Assembly: GCA_963726245.1 (NCBI GenBank)
Contig: CAVSBT010000027.1
Location: 32,001-96,000 of the forward strand
From: an uncultured Chloroflexia bacterium
GTDB taxonomy: Bacteria > Chloroflexota > Dehalococcoidia > DSTF01 > JALHUB01
DNA length: 64,000 nt
Reading direction: 5' to 3'
Part shown: piece after piece, positions 40,152-50,069 of the stretch
Layout of the letters: every line of letters begins with the position of its first letter
Numbering within the stretch: the first letter of the stretch is position 1
Notes under the pieces: generated by a model
Database searches by the model: none
Told to the model about the DNA's origin: nothing
Seen by the model: only the letters and a program-made list of their open reading frames with translations
Made by a program: the position numbers and the translations under genes

Positions 40152-42269
40152 TTAGCCCCTCAGGCGGTAGGGGATGCCGACGACGACCGTATCAGGCCTC
40201 GAGAGAAGGATCCTTTTGAGGGGTATGGACGACTGATTGTGCAGGATGCCTTGCCAGAAATGGCTGGGCACAAGCTCGGGCAGTACCACCGTGATCGTCT
40301 CGCCGGGGTATGAACGGTCTATGGCGTCGATGTAGGTCAGGATGGGGGCGATGAAGGAGCGGAAGGGCGACTCGATGATGACAAGGGGGACGTCAGGAAT
40401 CACCTCTTCCCAGCGCTGACGCATCTCCTCGGCCTCTGCCGCGTCGTCGCTGACGTGGAGAGCGGTGACGTTCTCCGACACAGAGCGCGCATACTCTACT
40501 GTCCTGCGCACGGCTTCGGTCACGTCGTCCACGGGCACCAGCACCACCTGGTTGTGCTCGCGAACGGCCCGGCTGGCCGCCGGCGCCTTGGCCGGCAGCG
40601 TCACCTCTAGCTGTCGGTCCACCCGGCGGTAGTGGCGGCGAATGGAGGTGAAGAGATAGATGAGGAATCCGATGCCCAGGAGGCTGATCCAGGCCCCGTG
40701 CGTGAACTTGGTGGAGGCGATGATCAGCGCCACCAGGCCCGTCGCGATGGCGCCCACGCCGTTGATGACGATGCTCCGGTGCCAGCCGGCTTCGCGGAGC
40801 TTCCACCAGTGAACAACCATCCCGCTCTGGGAGAGCGTGAACGAGAGGAAGACGCCAAGGGCGTAGAGAGGGATCAGGCGGTTCGTGTCTGCAGCGAAGA
40901 CCACCAGCAGGATGCTGGCGAGAATGGCCAGAGCGCCGATACCGTGGGAGAAGTTAAGCCGATCGCCGCGGAAGGCGAACTGCCGCGGCAGAAACCCGTC
41001 GCGCGCCAGGATCGAGGCCAGGCGGGGGAAGTCGGCGAAGCTGGTGTTGGCGGCCAGTACCAGGATCATGGTGGTGGACGCCTGCACCAGGTAGTACAGC
41101 GGCGTGGACCCAAAGGTGGCCTTGGCGATCTGGGAGGGCACTGTCTGGGTCGCGAGGGGCATGACGTGCATCTGGTGAGCCAGCACCGACACGCCAACGA
41201 AGAGAAAGGCCAGGATGCCGGCCATCCAGGCCAGCGTAGTGGCGGCGTTGCGTGATTCCGGCTGCTTGAAGGCCGGCACGCCGTTGGAAATGGCCTCCAC
41301 GCCTGTCAAAGCCGCCGACCCGGAGGCGAAGGCGCGAAGGATCAGGAACACGCCCAGGGACTGGGTGGCCACGACTTGCCCCGCTTCCGGCGCCGAGGCA
41401 GCCTCCACACCGCCGAAGAACGCCCGCACCAGTCCCACGACGATCATGAGTCCAAAACTGAAGATGAACAGGTAGGTAGGGGCCGCGAAGATCGTCCCGG
41501 ATTCCCGCACCCCGCGCAGGTTGCCAAGCATGATCAGTCCCACAAAGAAGACTGCCAGGAAGACACGCTCGTCGTGGAGGGACGGCGCCGCCGAGGTGAT
41601 GGCGGCCACACCGGCCGCTATGCTCACCGCGACAGTGAGGACGTAGTCGACCATGAGCGCGCCCGCTGCGGTGAGGCCGGGCATCGTGCCGAGGTTGGCC
41701 CTGGCCACGATGTAGGCGCCGCCGCCGCTGGGATAGGCCCGCACGGTCTGCCGGTAGGAGAAGGCCACGATCATGAGGAGGAGCGTGATGGCGCCAGCGA
41801 TTGGGAGCAAAGATCCCAGGGCGCCCGAGCCGGCCAGCACCAGGATGAGCAGGATCGCTTCCGTAGCGTAGGCGCTGGATGAGATGGCGTCGGAGGAGAA
41901 GATGGCCAGCGCCTTGACCTTGGTTAGGCGCTCGTAGGGTAGCTGGGCGGTTGACAGAGGCGTCCCGAGCAGCCGGCGCTTGAACTGGCGCCACACCGCC
42001 TCTACGGCAGTGCGTGGCCGTATCGCCGCCTCCGTGGCCTGGAGAACATCGGGTCCCAGCGAGCGGAAGGGCTGCTTGCTGCGTGGAACGACGCGGACAT
42101 ACCGTGAGCCTGGCTTCAGCCCTTTGTGGACCTCGTGTAGCTCCAGCCCCGGGATCAGGGGTTCCCGTCGCCGAGGCACGCGGTAGCGGCCGTAGCCCTC
42201 CAGGTTGTCTTTCTTGACTGGAGAGCCCTCTTCAGGCGCTATGTTAGGCTCCGAATTGGACGATTCCAT
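40152..42269 (-). CDS. APC family permease, KimA/YdaO-like K+ transporter
   Basis: ALAIFSSDAISSSAYATE, YPSGGGAY, ALTGVEAISNGVP, IESPFR. Confidence 0.88.
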   Translation of the reverse strand: MESSNSEPNIAPEEGSPVKKDNLEGYGRYRVPRRREPLIPGLELHEVHKGLKPGSRYVRVVPRSKQPFRSLGPDVLQATEAAIRPRTAVEAVWRQFKRRLLGTPLSTAQLPYERLTKVKALAIFSSDAISSSAYATEAILLILVLAGSGALGSLLPIAGAITLLLMIVAFSYRQTVRAYPSGGGAYIVARANLGTMPGLTAAGALMVDYVLTVAVSIAAGVAAITSAAPSLHDERVFLAVFFVGLIMLGNLRGVRESGTIFAAPTYLFIFSFGLMIVVGLVRAFFGGVEAASAPEAGQVVATQSLGVFLILRAFASGSAALTGVEAISNGVPAFKQPESRNAATTLAWMAGILAFLFVGVSVLAHQMHVMPLATQTVPSQIAKATFGSTPLYYLVQASTTMILVLAANTSFADFPRLASILARDGFLPRQFAFRGDRLNFSHGIGALAILASILLVVFAADTNRLIPLYALGVFLSFTLSQSGMVVHWWKLREAGWHRSIVINGVGAIATGLVALIIASTKFTHGAWISLLGIGFLIYLFTSIRRHYRRVDRQLEVTLPAKAPAASRAVREHNQVVLVPVDDVTEAVRRTVEYARSVSENVTALHVSDDAAEAEEMRQRWEEVIPDVPLVIIESPFRSFIAPILTYIDAIDRSYPGETITVVLPELVPSHFWQGILHNQSSIPLKRILLSRPDTVVVGIPYRLRG

Positions 42270-42374
42270 CGTGGCCGGCCTGCGTCAAGTTTACAGCAAA
42301 GTCCCTTGAATCGAAGCGGGGTCAGCGACTTCGCCGGCCCCCCTCCACGTTGAGCCCTCGTCTCGAGGCAAGGT

Positions 42375-45080
42375 CTAGTGTATCCCTGGGTAGGGGAGCA
42401 GGGTTGGCGTGACGGTTGGGGTGCGCGTTGGCTTCCCTTCGTCGGCGCCCGGAGTCGGTGTGGCAGCGGTTCCCACTCCCAAGGTGATGCTGTCGGCAAG
42501 GAAGCCGCGTGTTTGGTCTTGCACCACCAGCCGGACAGTGTAGGTGCCGGGCTCCAGTTCGCTGGCGTCCAGCGTGCCAAGAGTTCCGTCGATCACCGTC
42601 TGGGTGGAGCGGCTGATGACCGTCCAGCGCAGCGGGCTATCCCCCTGGCCGTACTCCAGGCGGTAGGAGCGGAAGCCGGGCGTGTCCGTCGAGCCCTTGA
42701 TAGTGATGACGCCTCTAACGGTGGAGTCGGCGGGCGGCCAGGTGATGGCGACGCCCTTTGACTGCGACGCATCGGGTCCAAGGGGGCTCTCTACGGTGGG
42801 GGCGAGCGCCACACCCAGCGCTTTCGCCCACTCCTCCGCCTGCTGACGGCTCACACCCTGGAGATCCGGCGGCAGGACGATGAAGACCTGTTCCTGCACG
42901 TACTTGGCGGGCGTCCGGCTGGTGGCCAGTAGGCCGTTGCGCGAGTCCACCTTTATCGGCTGCCACCAGTTGTCCTGCTCCTTGGGAACGCTGTCGGCGG
43001 CGAAGATGTCCTGCGTGGTCTTGCCGCAGTACTTGGACGGCAGCTTCCCGGAGGGGACGCAGACGGTGGCTGTCACCACCCCGTCGGGCCTCTCGAAGGC
43101 CTTATCTGGGACGCCTTCCAGGGCGGCCTGCATGAAGTCGCGGAGGGCGCGCCAGGATATGGAAGTGCTGGTGATGTTCACCATCGGCGAGTTGTCGGCG
43201 TTGCCCGCCCAGACGCCCGCCGCCAGGTCGGGCGTGTAGCCCAGGGCCCAGGTGTCACCGATGGCGTGGCTGTTCTCGTAGGGTTCGCTGGTGCCTGTCT
43301 TCATGGCGGCGGTCCGGCCGATGTTGAGGCCCCCGCAGCCGAAGGTAGCGCACTGGGCCTGGGGGTCGCTGAGGATGTTCGTCACCAGGTAGGTCTGCGC
43401 GGCCGGCGCGACGCGCTCCTCCTGTCGGTCCGGCTCAAAGACCACCTCGCCCTTGCTGTTCTCCACCTTGAGGATGGCGATGGGGTCTAGCGGGCGGTTG
43501 CCCTCCGGCAGGCCGAGAATGCTCGGCATGCCCTTCATCACGCCGTCGTTCGCGAAGACCGAGTACCCGAATGTCATGTCCAGGACGTTAACGTCCACGC
43601 CGCCGATGGTGATCGACGGGCCGTAGCTGCCGGTCAGAGTAGTGATACCCATCCGTTTGGCCGTGGTGACGATGTTGTCGACGCCGGCGGCCATGGCCAC
43701 CTTGAAAGCGGGCACGTTGAGGGAGGCGCCCAGGGCCTCGCGAATAGTGATGGGCCCCTTGAAGTCACCGCTGGGGTTACGCGGCGTGAACATCGTTCCG
43801 TCGGGGTTCGGATAGCTGATCGGCGTGTCCAGGACCAGTGTGCCCGGTCCCCACCCCAACTGCGTGAAGGCGGTGAGATAGGTGAAGGGTTTGAATGAGG
43901 AGCCGGGCGAGTTCTCCGCCAGCGCCATGTCGTTGCGGCCCAGGATATCGTCCCGGAAGTAGTCGCGGCTGCCGACATAAGCCAGGATCTCGCCCGTCTT
44001 GGGGTCGATCGCCACCATGGCGCCGTTGTGACCGTTGGAGGTCTCCTCGAACTCCGATATCCACTTCTCGAGCGCCGCCTCCGCCTTCTGTTCAAGGTCC
44101 AGGTCCAGGGTGGTGGTGATCTTCAGGCCGCCCCTGTAGAGAGCCGCTCGACCAAGCAACTCCTCTGCCTGGGGCTGGACGTAGTCGAGGACGAAGTGTG
44201 GCGCCTGGATGGGGAAGCGTTGCGGGGCGAGCTTCAGAGGCTCGAGCTTTGCGGTGTAGGCTTCGAGGAGGGTGATCTTTCCGCGTTCCAACATAAGGTC
44301 CAGGACCTGAGCCCGGCGCTCCAGCGCCGCCTCCGGGTTGTTCACAGGCTCGTAGCGGGCCGGCGAAGCGGGGATGCCGGCCAGGAGGGCCGCCTCGGCC
44401 AGAGTCAGATCGCGGGCCGACTTGCCGAAGTAACCTTGAGAAGCTGCCTCGACGCCGTTGTAGAGGCCTCCGTAGGGGATCTGGTTCAGGTACCACTCCA
44501 GGATCTGGTCCTTGGAGTAGCGGCGCGTAAGCTCCAGGGCATACACGGTCTCCTTCAGCTTGCGGGAGATGGAGCGCTCGGACCGCTCCTCCTCCGGGAT
44601 GTACACGTTCTTCACCAACTGCTGGGTGATGGAACTGCCGCCGGTCCCCTGGAGGAACCCCAGTCGCCCCGGGAGGAAGTTCTCAAAGGCGGCGCGTATG
44701 AGCCCTTTCACGTTGACGCCGGGGTTGGAGTAGAAACTGGAGTCCTCGGTGGCGATGGTGGCATCGATGAGATAGGGTGACACCTCGGACAGAGGGACGG
44801 GGCTTCGCAAGCCCGACAGGTCGTCGACGAACTCGTACAGCAGGCGCCCGTTTCGGTCGTAGATCTTGGCCCCGCCGGATGACTGCTGGGCCAGCACCTG
44901 ATCCGGGGGCAGCAGGTCGCGGCTGTAGATCTGATACACGGCGATGCCCCCGACGACGGCTGTGATGGCGCCCGCCACGAACAGGCCGCCCAGGACGAGG
45001 ACCAGCATTAACCATACGGGCCTGTGGTGTCCGTTGCGGCGCCGCGTCCGCCATCGACGCAGTGTCGTTGTGCTAGCCAT
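42375..45080 (-). CDS. Class A penicillin-binding protein with C-terminal Ig-like domain
   Basis: ATEDSSFY, GSSITQQLVKN, RKLKE; SSFK, SLN, KTG motifs. Confidence 0.92.
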   Translation of the reverse strand: MASTTTLRRWRTRRRNGHHRPVWLMLVLVLGGLFVAGAITAVVGGIAVYQIYSRDLLPPDQVLAQQSSGGAKIYDRNGRLLYEFVDDLSGLRSPVPLSEVSPYLIDATIATEDSSFYSNPGVNVKGLIRAAFENFLPGRLGFLQGTGGSSITQQLVKNVYIPEEERSERSISRKLKETVYALELTRRYSKDQILEWYLNQIPYGGLYNGVEAASQGYFGKSARDLTLAEAALLAGIPASPARYEPVNNPEAALERRAQVLDLMLERGKITLLEAYTAKLEPLKLAPQRFPIQAPHFVLDYVQPQAEELLGRAALYRGGLKITTTLDLDLEQKAEAALEKWISEFEETSNGHNGAMVAIDPKTGEILAYVGSRDYFRDDILGRNDMALAENSPGSSFKPFTYLTAFTQLGWGPGTLVLDTPISYPNPDGTMFTPRNPSGDFKGPITIREALGASLNVPAFKVAMAAGVDNIVTTAKRMGITTLTGSYGPSITIGGVDVNVLDMTFGYSVFANDGVMKGMPSILGLPEGNRPLDPIAILKVENSKGEVVFEPDRQEERVAPAAQTYLVTNILSDPQAQCATFGCGGLNIGRTAAMKTGTSEPYENSHAIGDTWALGYTPDLAAGVWAGNADNSPMVNITSTSISWRALRDFMQAALEGVPDKAFERPDGVVTATVCVPSGKLPSKYCGKTTQDIFAADSVPKEQDNWWQPIKVDSRNGLLATSRTPAKYVQEQVFIVLPPDLQGVSRQQAEEWAKALGVALAPTVESPLGPDASQSKGVAITWPPADSTVRGVITIKGSTDTPGFRSYRLEYGQGDSPLRWTVISRSTQTVIDGTLGTLDASELEPGTYTVRLVVQDQTRGFLADSITLGVGTAATPTPGADEGKPTRTPTVTPTLLPYPGIH

Positions 45081-45828
45081 GTCTCCCCTCAGCGCGCGGC
45101 CCTTCTTTCTCCAACACCAGGAAGTGGGAGAGGCCAAAGACGCGCAGCGGGCTCTTCTCCAGGCGGTGGAAGACGGCCTTCAACAGCCGCCCCAACGAGG
45201 CGCTTCGGGCCGCGATGTTGTCGAAGCCGGCAAAGACGTAGGTGTGGACGATCACTCGCGCCTCCAAGCCCGCCATCAGGCGCCGCAGGTCCCCTGACAG
45301 GTAGGCCCGAGCATGGGGTGCCAGGCGCCGGCGCAAGAAGCCCGGCAAGTAGTTTACCAGGGGCATGTTGCCGAAGACATAGCGGTGCCCCAGGTAGATG
45401 CCGTGGGTCTCGAAGGGATAGAGGCGGTTCGGCGCGTAGATGACGATGCGGCCGCCGGGAGCCGTCACCCGGCAGGCCTCCCGCAGTGTGGAGGCATCGT
45501 CGCGGACGTGCTCGATGACCTCATTCAGGAGGACCACGTCAAATGTGCTATCGCGGAAGGGCAGGTGCTCGGCGGCCGCCACGGCCAGCCCGGGGAGGCT
45601 TTGGGCGCCCCGGCGCAGGCGCCCTGCTTCGATGTCGACGCCGTAGACTCGATCGGAGAGCTCTCGCAGCTTGCTGACGTAGGTCCCTATGCCGCAGCCG
45701 ACGTCGAGGATGCGGCGGCCCTCCAGCGAAGCGTAGCGTTTGATGAGAGCCAGACGGCGGTCCTGTCCGGACCGCCAGACGTAGCTGGGGTGGCCCAGGG
45801 CGACCACCCGCTCGGGAGCCTCGATCAT
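45073..45828 (-). CDS. Class I SAM-dependent methyltransferase
   Basis: ILDVGCGIG, LPFRDSTFDVV, EVIEHV. Confidence 0.9.
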   Translation of the reverse strand: MIEAPERVVALGHPSYVWRSGQDRRLALIKRYASLEGRRILDVGCGIGTYVSKLRELSDRVYGVDIEAGRLRRGAQSLPGLAVAAAEHLPFRDSTFDVVLLNEVIEHVRDDASTLREACRVTAPGGRIVIYAPNRLYPFETHGIYLGHRYVFGNMPLVNYLPGFLRRRLAPHARAYLSGDLRRLMAGLEARVIVHTYVFAGFDNIAARSASLGRLLKAVFHRLEKSPLRVFGLSHFLVLEKEGPRAEGRHG

Positions 45829-45982
45829 AGAAATCCCAGACTGTCCTCCGCCAACCACTTATCCTAGCAGACGATCCCAGCCAGTTCAACGCGCCGGAAG
45901 AGCAGGACGGCCCGCTTCCCTGTACCTGCCCCTCGGACCGGTGCTATAATCCAGCCAATCCTATTACGGAGGAAGCGCCAGG

Positions 45983-46270
45983 TTGGGTCTCACCCGCGAA
46001 GAGGTCTTGCACATCGCCCGTCTGGCGCGCGTCGGGCTCAGCGAGGAGGATGTGGCCAGGTTCCAGGAGCAGCTCTCCGAGATCCTGGACCATTTCGACG
46101 TCCTGCGGCAGGTAGACACGGAGTCTGTGCCGCCCACTTCTCACACCCTCGACTTGCAGAACGTCACCAGCGCCGACCAGGTCCGCGACTCTTTCCCGCG
46201 GGAGGATATCCTGGCCAACGCCCCCCTGCCGGAGGAGGGCTTCCTCCGCGTGCGGGCGGTGCTGGAGTAG
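45983..46270 (+). CDS. gatC: Asp/Glu-tRNA amidotransferase subunit C
   Basis: LTREEVLHIARLAR...ILANAP...FLRVRAVLE. Confidence 0.93.
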   Translation: MGLTREEVLHIARLARVGLSEEDVARFQEQLSEILDHFDVLRQVDTESVPPTSHTLDLQNVTSADQVRDSFPREDILANAPLPEEGFLRVRAVLE

Positions 46271-46315
46271 GGCGCAAACGCTTCTTCGCCATCCGGCCGC
46301 TGGAGGGAGGGAGTC

Positions 46316-47788
46316 CTGGAACTGCACTATCTAACCGTACACGAGGCCGGCCGTCTCCTGGCCCAGCGTGAGATCACCTCTCGCCAGTTGACGGAGGCGG
46401 TGCTCGAGCGCATCCGCCAGGTCGACGGGCGAACGCGCGCCTACGTGACTGTCACCGAGGAGATTGCCCTCCGGCAGGCGGAGGAGGCGGACGCCCGCCT
46501 CGCTCGCGGCGACGCCACGCCTCTCACGGGCATCCCCGTCTGCATCAAGGATGTCATCTGCACAAGGGGTGTGCGCACGACCTGCTCCTCACGGATGCTG
46601 GAGAACTTCGTGCCGCCCTATGACGCCCACGTGACGGAGCGGCTGCGAGCGGCGGGCGCCGTCATGGTCGGCAAGTCCAACATGGACGAGTTCGCCATGG
46701 GCTCTTCGACCGAGAACTCCGGCTTCTTCGCCACCCATAACCCCTGGGACCTGGAGCGCGTGCCGGGCGGCTCGTCCGGCGGCTCGGCGGCTGCCGTGGC
46801 CGCCGGCGAGTGCCTCTTCGCCCTGGGCTCGGACACCGGCGGCAGCATCCGCCAGCCGGCCAGCCTCTGCGGCGTGGCCGGGCTGAAGCCGACCTACGGC
46901 CGCGTCAGCCGGTTCGGGCTCGTAGCCTTCGCCAGCTCCCTCGACCAGATCGGGCCGCTCAGCCGTGACGTGCGCGACTGCGCCCTGGCGCTGAACGTCA
47001 TCTCAGGCTACGACCCGCGCGACTCCACGTCGGCGCCTATGGACGTGCCGGACTTTTCCTCGGCGTTGAGCATTGACCTGGCCGGCCTGCGCATCGGCGT
47101 GCCGATCGAGTACTTCCCGGAGGACATGGACGCCGGCGTGCGGCGGGTCATAAGCGAGGCTGTCAAGGTCATGGAGGGTCTGGGCGCCAGCGTCGACTGG
47201 CAGGTGTCGCTGCCGAGCACGCACTACGCCCTGGCCTGCTACTACGTCATCGCCCCCAGCGAGGCGTCGGCGAACCTCGCCCGCTACGACGGCGTGAAGT
47301 ACGGGTTCTCCTTCCAGGAAGGCGAGAGCATGTGGGAGAACATGGAGAAGACGCGCCAGCACGGCTTCGGCGACGAGGTGAAGCGCCGCATCATGCTCGG
47401 CACCTATGCTCTCTCGGCCGGCTACTACGACGCCTACTACTTGAAGGCGCAGAAGGTGCGGACCCTCATCCGCCGCGAGTTCGACACCGCCTTCCAGAGC
47501 TTCGACGTCATAGCCAGCCCCGTCTCCCCGACGCCGGCCTTTCGTCTGGGGGAGAAGGTGGACGACCCCTTCCAGATGTACCTGAGCGACGTCTGCACCC
47601 TGCCCATCAACATCGCGGGGCTGCCCGGTATGTCGGTGCCGGCCGGCTTCGTCGACGGCCCCGAAGGGCAGCGGCTGCCCGTGGGCCTCCAGCTCATCGG
47701 CAAGCCCTTCGACGAGGCGACGGTGCTGCGGGCGGCCTACGCCTTGCAGGAGGCCACCGAGTGGCACAAGGCACGTCCGCCGCTGTGA
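46316..47788 (+). CDS. gatA: Asp/Glu-tRNA amidotransferase subunit A (probable CTG start)
   Basis: [31 protein letters not shown]; homology extends upstream to (L)[10 protein letters not shown] behind a GGAGGGAG RBS. Confidence 0.95.
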   Translation: MELHYLTVHEAGRLLAQREITSRQLTEAVLERIRQVDGRTRAYVTVTEEIALRQAEEADARLARGDATPLTGIPVCIKDVICTRGVRTTCSSRMLENFVPPYDAHVTERLRAAGAVMVGKSNMDEFAMGSSTENSGFFATHNPWDLERVPGGSSGGSAAAVAAGECLFALGSDTGGSIRQPASLCGVAGLKPTYGRVSRFGLVAFASSLDQIGPLSRDVRDCALALNVISGYDPRDSTSAPMDVPDFSSALSIDLAGLRIGVPIEYFPEDMDAGVRRVISEAVKVMEGLGASVDWQVSLPSTHYALACYYVIAPSEASANLARYDGVKYGFSFQEGESMWENMEKTRQHGFGDEVKRRIMLGTYALSAGYYDAYYLKAQKVRTLIRREFDTAFQSFDVIASPVSPTPAFRLGEKVDDPFQMYLSDVCTLPINIAGLPGMSVPAGFVDGPEGQRLPVGLQLIGKPFDEATVLRAAYALQEATEWHKARPPL

Positions 47789-47815
47789 AGGCGACAGAGC
47801 TTCTCAGGTTACCCT

Positions 47816-47866
47816 CTGCGGGATGAATCCCGCAGCTTCGCCGAAGCCGAGGGTTTCATCCCTCAG
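47816..47866. repeat. 51-nt triple-hairpin inverted doublet (copy 2)
   Basis: Reverse complement aligns ungapped with 78-128, with compensatory stem changes. Confidence 0.7.
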
Positions 47867-47924
47867 AGGCAGGGTTAAGTAAGAGGGCCGGTACGAGCCA
47901 GCACTCATGCCCCAGGGAGGAATC

Positions 47925-48353
47925 ATGGACCTTGATCCAGCCCAACAGCTCATGGCTCGCGGCCGCCACTGATCTGAGGCGGTACTACTGGCCGTGTGCC
48001 AGAAACTGGGAATAGAGAACGAGCTTGTGCCCCGCATCGCCACCATGTTCGGCGGCGGAATGGCCCGCACGGGCGAGGTCTGCGGCGCTGTGGTCGGCGG
48101 CCTCATGTGCATCGGCATCAAGCATGGCCGCGAGGAGCCGGCGCAGTCCGACGCCGAGGGCTACGCCCTGACCCAGCAGTTCCTCCGCCGCTTTCGTGAC
48201 GAGATGGGCAGCATCCAGTGCCGCGAGCTGACGGGCATTGACCTGAGCACGGACGAGGGTCTGAAGACGTTCCGCAGCTCCGACGTGCCACTGAGGGTCT
48301 GCCTGCCCGCCGTGGGCCTGGCGTATAGTCTGGTTTTGGAGCTTGTCCAGTGA
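47925..48353 (+). CDS. C_GCAxxG_C_C family redox protein, predicted selenoprotein (Sec16)
   Basis: GGGAGG RBS + ATG 47925; in-frame TGA 47970 in G-R-H-U-S-E-A-V; FGGG, VCGAVVG, CREL; hairpin downstream of TGA. Confidence 0.85.
47973..48008 (+). promoter_or_regulatory. Putative bacterial SECIS element
   Basis: Upper stem CTGGC-cgtgt-GCCAG, loop 20 nt after UGA with G at second loop position; lower stem CGGT/ACTG. Confidence 0.65.
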
Positions 48354-48655
48354 CTTCTCCCTACCGTCGCAAGCTCTCGCGGGAGGACGTGAAGACCGGC
48401 TCCGTGCTCATCGACAAGCGCGCCTGGCGCCTCTTCCCGCCGCCGATGGAGGAGTTTGCTCTGCTGGTGGGCGGGCAGGAGTTCCGCACCCGCATCGTCG
48501 CCGAGGACTGTAACTGCGTGCCGCCGCCGCACCAGCACTATCACTTGGAGGCGGGGCGCTTCCGCCACCTGCTGGACTTGAGCCTCGGTCGTACGGTGCT
48601 TGTGCAGCGCGATCCCGCGGGCCTTTATCGACTGGATATGGCTGGTGCCGTCTGA
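48350..48655 (+). CDS. Hypothetical protein
   Basis: GTGA overlap with upstream gene; CxC..PHxHxH motif. Confidence 0.65.
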   Translation: MTSPYRRKLSREDVKTGSVLIDKRAWRLFPPPMEEFALLVGGQEFRTRIVAEDCNCVPPPHQHYHLEAGRFRHLLDLSLGRTVLVQRDPAGLYRLDMAGAV

Positions 48656-48872
48656 CCCCGAGGGCGTCCGCGTGGGCTGCTACTCCGGCGGCCGCTACGG
48701 CGAAGAGCCGCGCTGGGTAGAGATCGAGGGCGCCCGCTGCTCGGTGCGCGAGGTGGAGTCGCGCTGGCGGGAGCCAGACCGCGACGGCTGGCGAGTGGTC
48801 CTGGAAGACGGGAGGCACTTGATCCTGTATTATGTCCCCAATATCGATCTATGGCAGGTAGAGGAGCAATGA
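48645..48872 (+). CDS. Small hypothetical protein (DUF6504-like)
   Basis: YSGGRYGEEPR...W.EPD...V...DG pattern; coupled to neighbours. Confidence 0.6.
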   Translation: MPSDPEGVRVGCYSGGRYGEEPRWVEIEGARCSVREVESRWREPDRDGWRVVLEDGRHLILYYVPNIDLWQVEEQ

Positions 48873-50065
48873 ATAAGTCTACCCCCGACCCCAGGAGCGC
48901 CCAGCGTGGCCAGCCATCCGAGAAGGTGGCGTCCATCCCGTCCTCGGGCATACGCCGCTTCTTCGACCTGCTGGCGGGCATGGACGGCGTCATCTCCCTG
49001 GGTGTCGGCGAGCCCGACTTCGTGACGCCGCTCAAGATCCGCAACGCCGGCATCCGCGCTATCGAGGAGGGGCGGACCGGCTACACGTCGAACTTCGGCA
49101 TCTTAGAGCTGCGTGAGGCCATCTCCGACCACTTGGACCACCACTACGGCCTTTCTTACGACCCTGCCACGGAGATCATCGTCACCACGGGGGTCAGCGA
49201 AGGCCTCTCCGTCGCCTTCCTGGCCATCCTCGACACCGGCGACGAAGTCCTTTGTGCGGACCCCTGCTTCGTGGCCTACCTGCCGGCCGTGGTGCTGGCG
49301 GGAGGCGTCTTTGTGCCCGTGCCGACTTCGGTCGAGAACGGCTTCCGGGTGCGGGCCAAGGACCTGGAAAGCCGGATCACGCCCCGGACCAAAGCCATCA
49401 TGCTCGGCTATCCGGCCAACCCGACGGGCGCGGTCATGGAGCGAGAGGACCTGCTGGCCGTCGCCGAGGTGGCGACCCGCCACAACCTGTTCGTCGTTTC
49501 AGACGAGATCTACGACCGGCTGGTCTACGGCGTCGAGCACACCTGCTTCGCTGCCCTGCCCGGCATGCGCGACCGCACCATCCTCCTGGGCGGCTTCTCC
49601 AAGGCCTACGCCATGACCGGCTGGCGCCTGGCCTGGGCCGCGGCCCGCCCCGACGTGCTGGAATCGATGATGAAGGTCCACCAGTACGTCATGATGTCGG
49701 CGCCGACGATGTCCCAGTACGCTGGCCTGGAGGCCCTGGCCATCGGCGAGGAGGACGTGCGCGGCATGGTGGCGGAGTACGACCGCCGCCGCCGCCTGAT
49801 CGTCAACGGCTTCAACTCCATCGGGCTCGAGTGCTTCGAGCCCCGGGGCGCCTTCTACGCCTTCCCCTCAATCGCCGTCACCGGCCTCTCCGACGAGGAG
49901 TTCGCCGAGAAGCTCCTCGAGGAGGAGAGGGTGGCGGTGGTTCCCGGCTCCGCCTTCGGCGAGCAAGGCCGGGGCTACGTCCGCGCCTGCTACGCCACCT
50001 CCTACGAGAACATCGAGCTCGCCTTGGAGGCCATGGACCGCTTCGTGCGCCGCCACCGCCGGTAG
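48869..50065 (+). CDS. PLP-dependent aminotransferase class I/II
   Basis: SLGVGEPDF, PANPTG, SDEIY, GFSKAYAMTGWRL. Confidence 0.95.
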   Translation: MNKSTPDPRSAQRGQPSEKVASIPSSGIRRFFDLLAGMDGVISLGVGEPDFVTPLKIRNAGIRAIEEGRTGYTSNFGILELREAISDHLDHHYGLSYDPATEIIVTTGVSEGLSVAFLAILDTGDEVLCADPCFVAYLPAVVLAGGVFVPVPTSVENGFRVRAKDLESRITPRTKAIMLGYPANPTGAVMEREDLLAVAEVATRHNLFVVSDEIYDRLVYGVEHTCFAALPGMRDRTILLGGFSKAYAMTGWRLAWAAARPDVLESMMKVHQYVMMSAPTMSQYAGLEALAIGEEDVRGMVAEYDRRRRLIVNGFNSIGLECFEPRGAFYAFPSIAVTGLSDEEFAEKLLEEERVAVVPGSAFGEQGRGYVRACYATSYENIELALEAMDRFVRRHRR

Positions 50066-50069
50066 CAGT

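Noticed and set aside
42270-42374. c-di-AMP (ydaO) riboswitch upstream of the KimA-like transporter
   Set aside because: The region is short and I could not find the conserved ydaO motif segments
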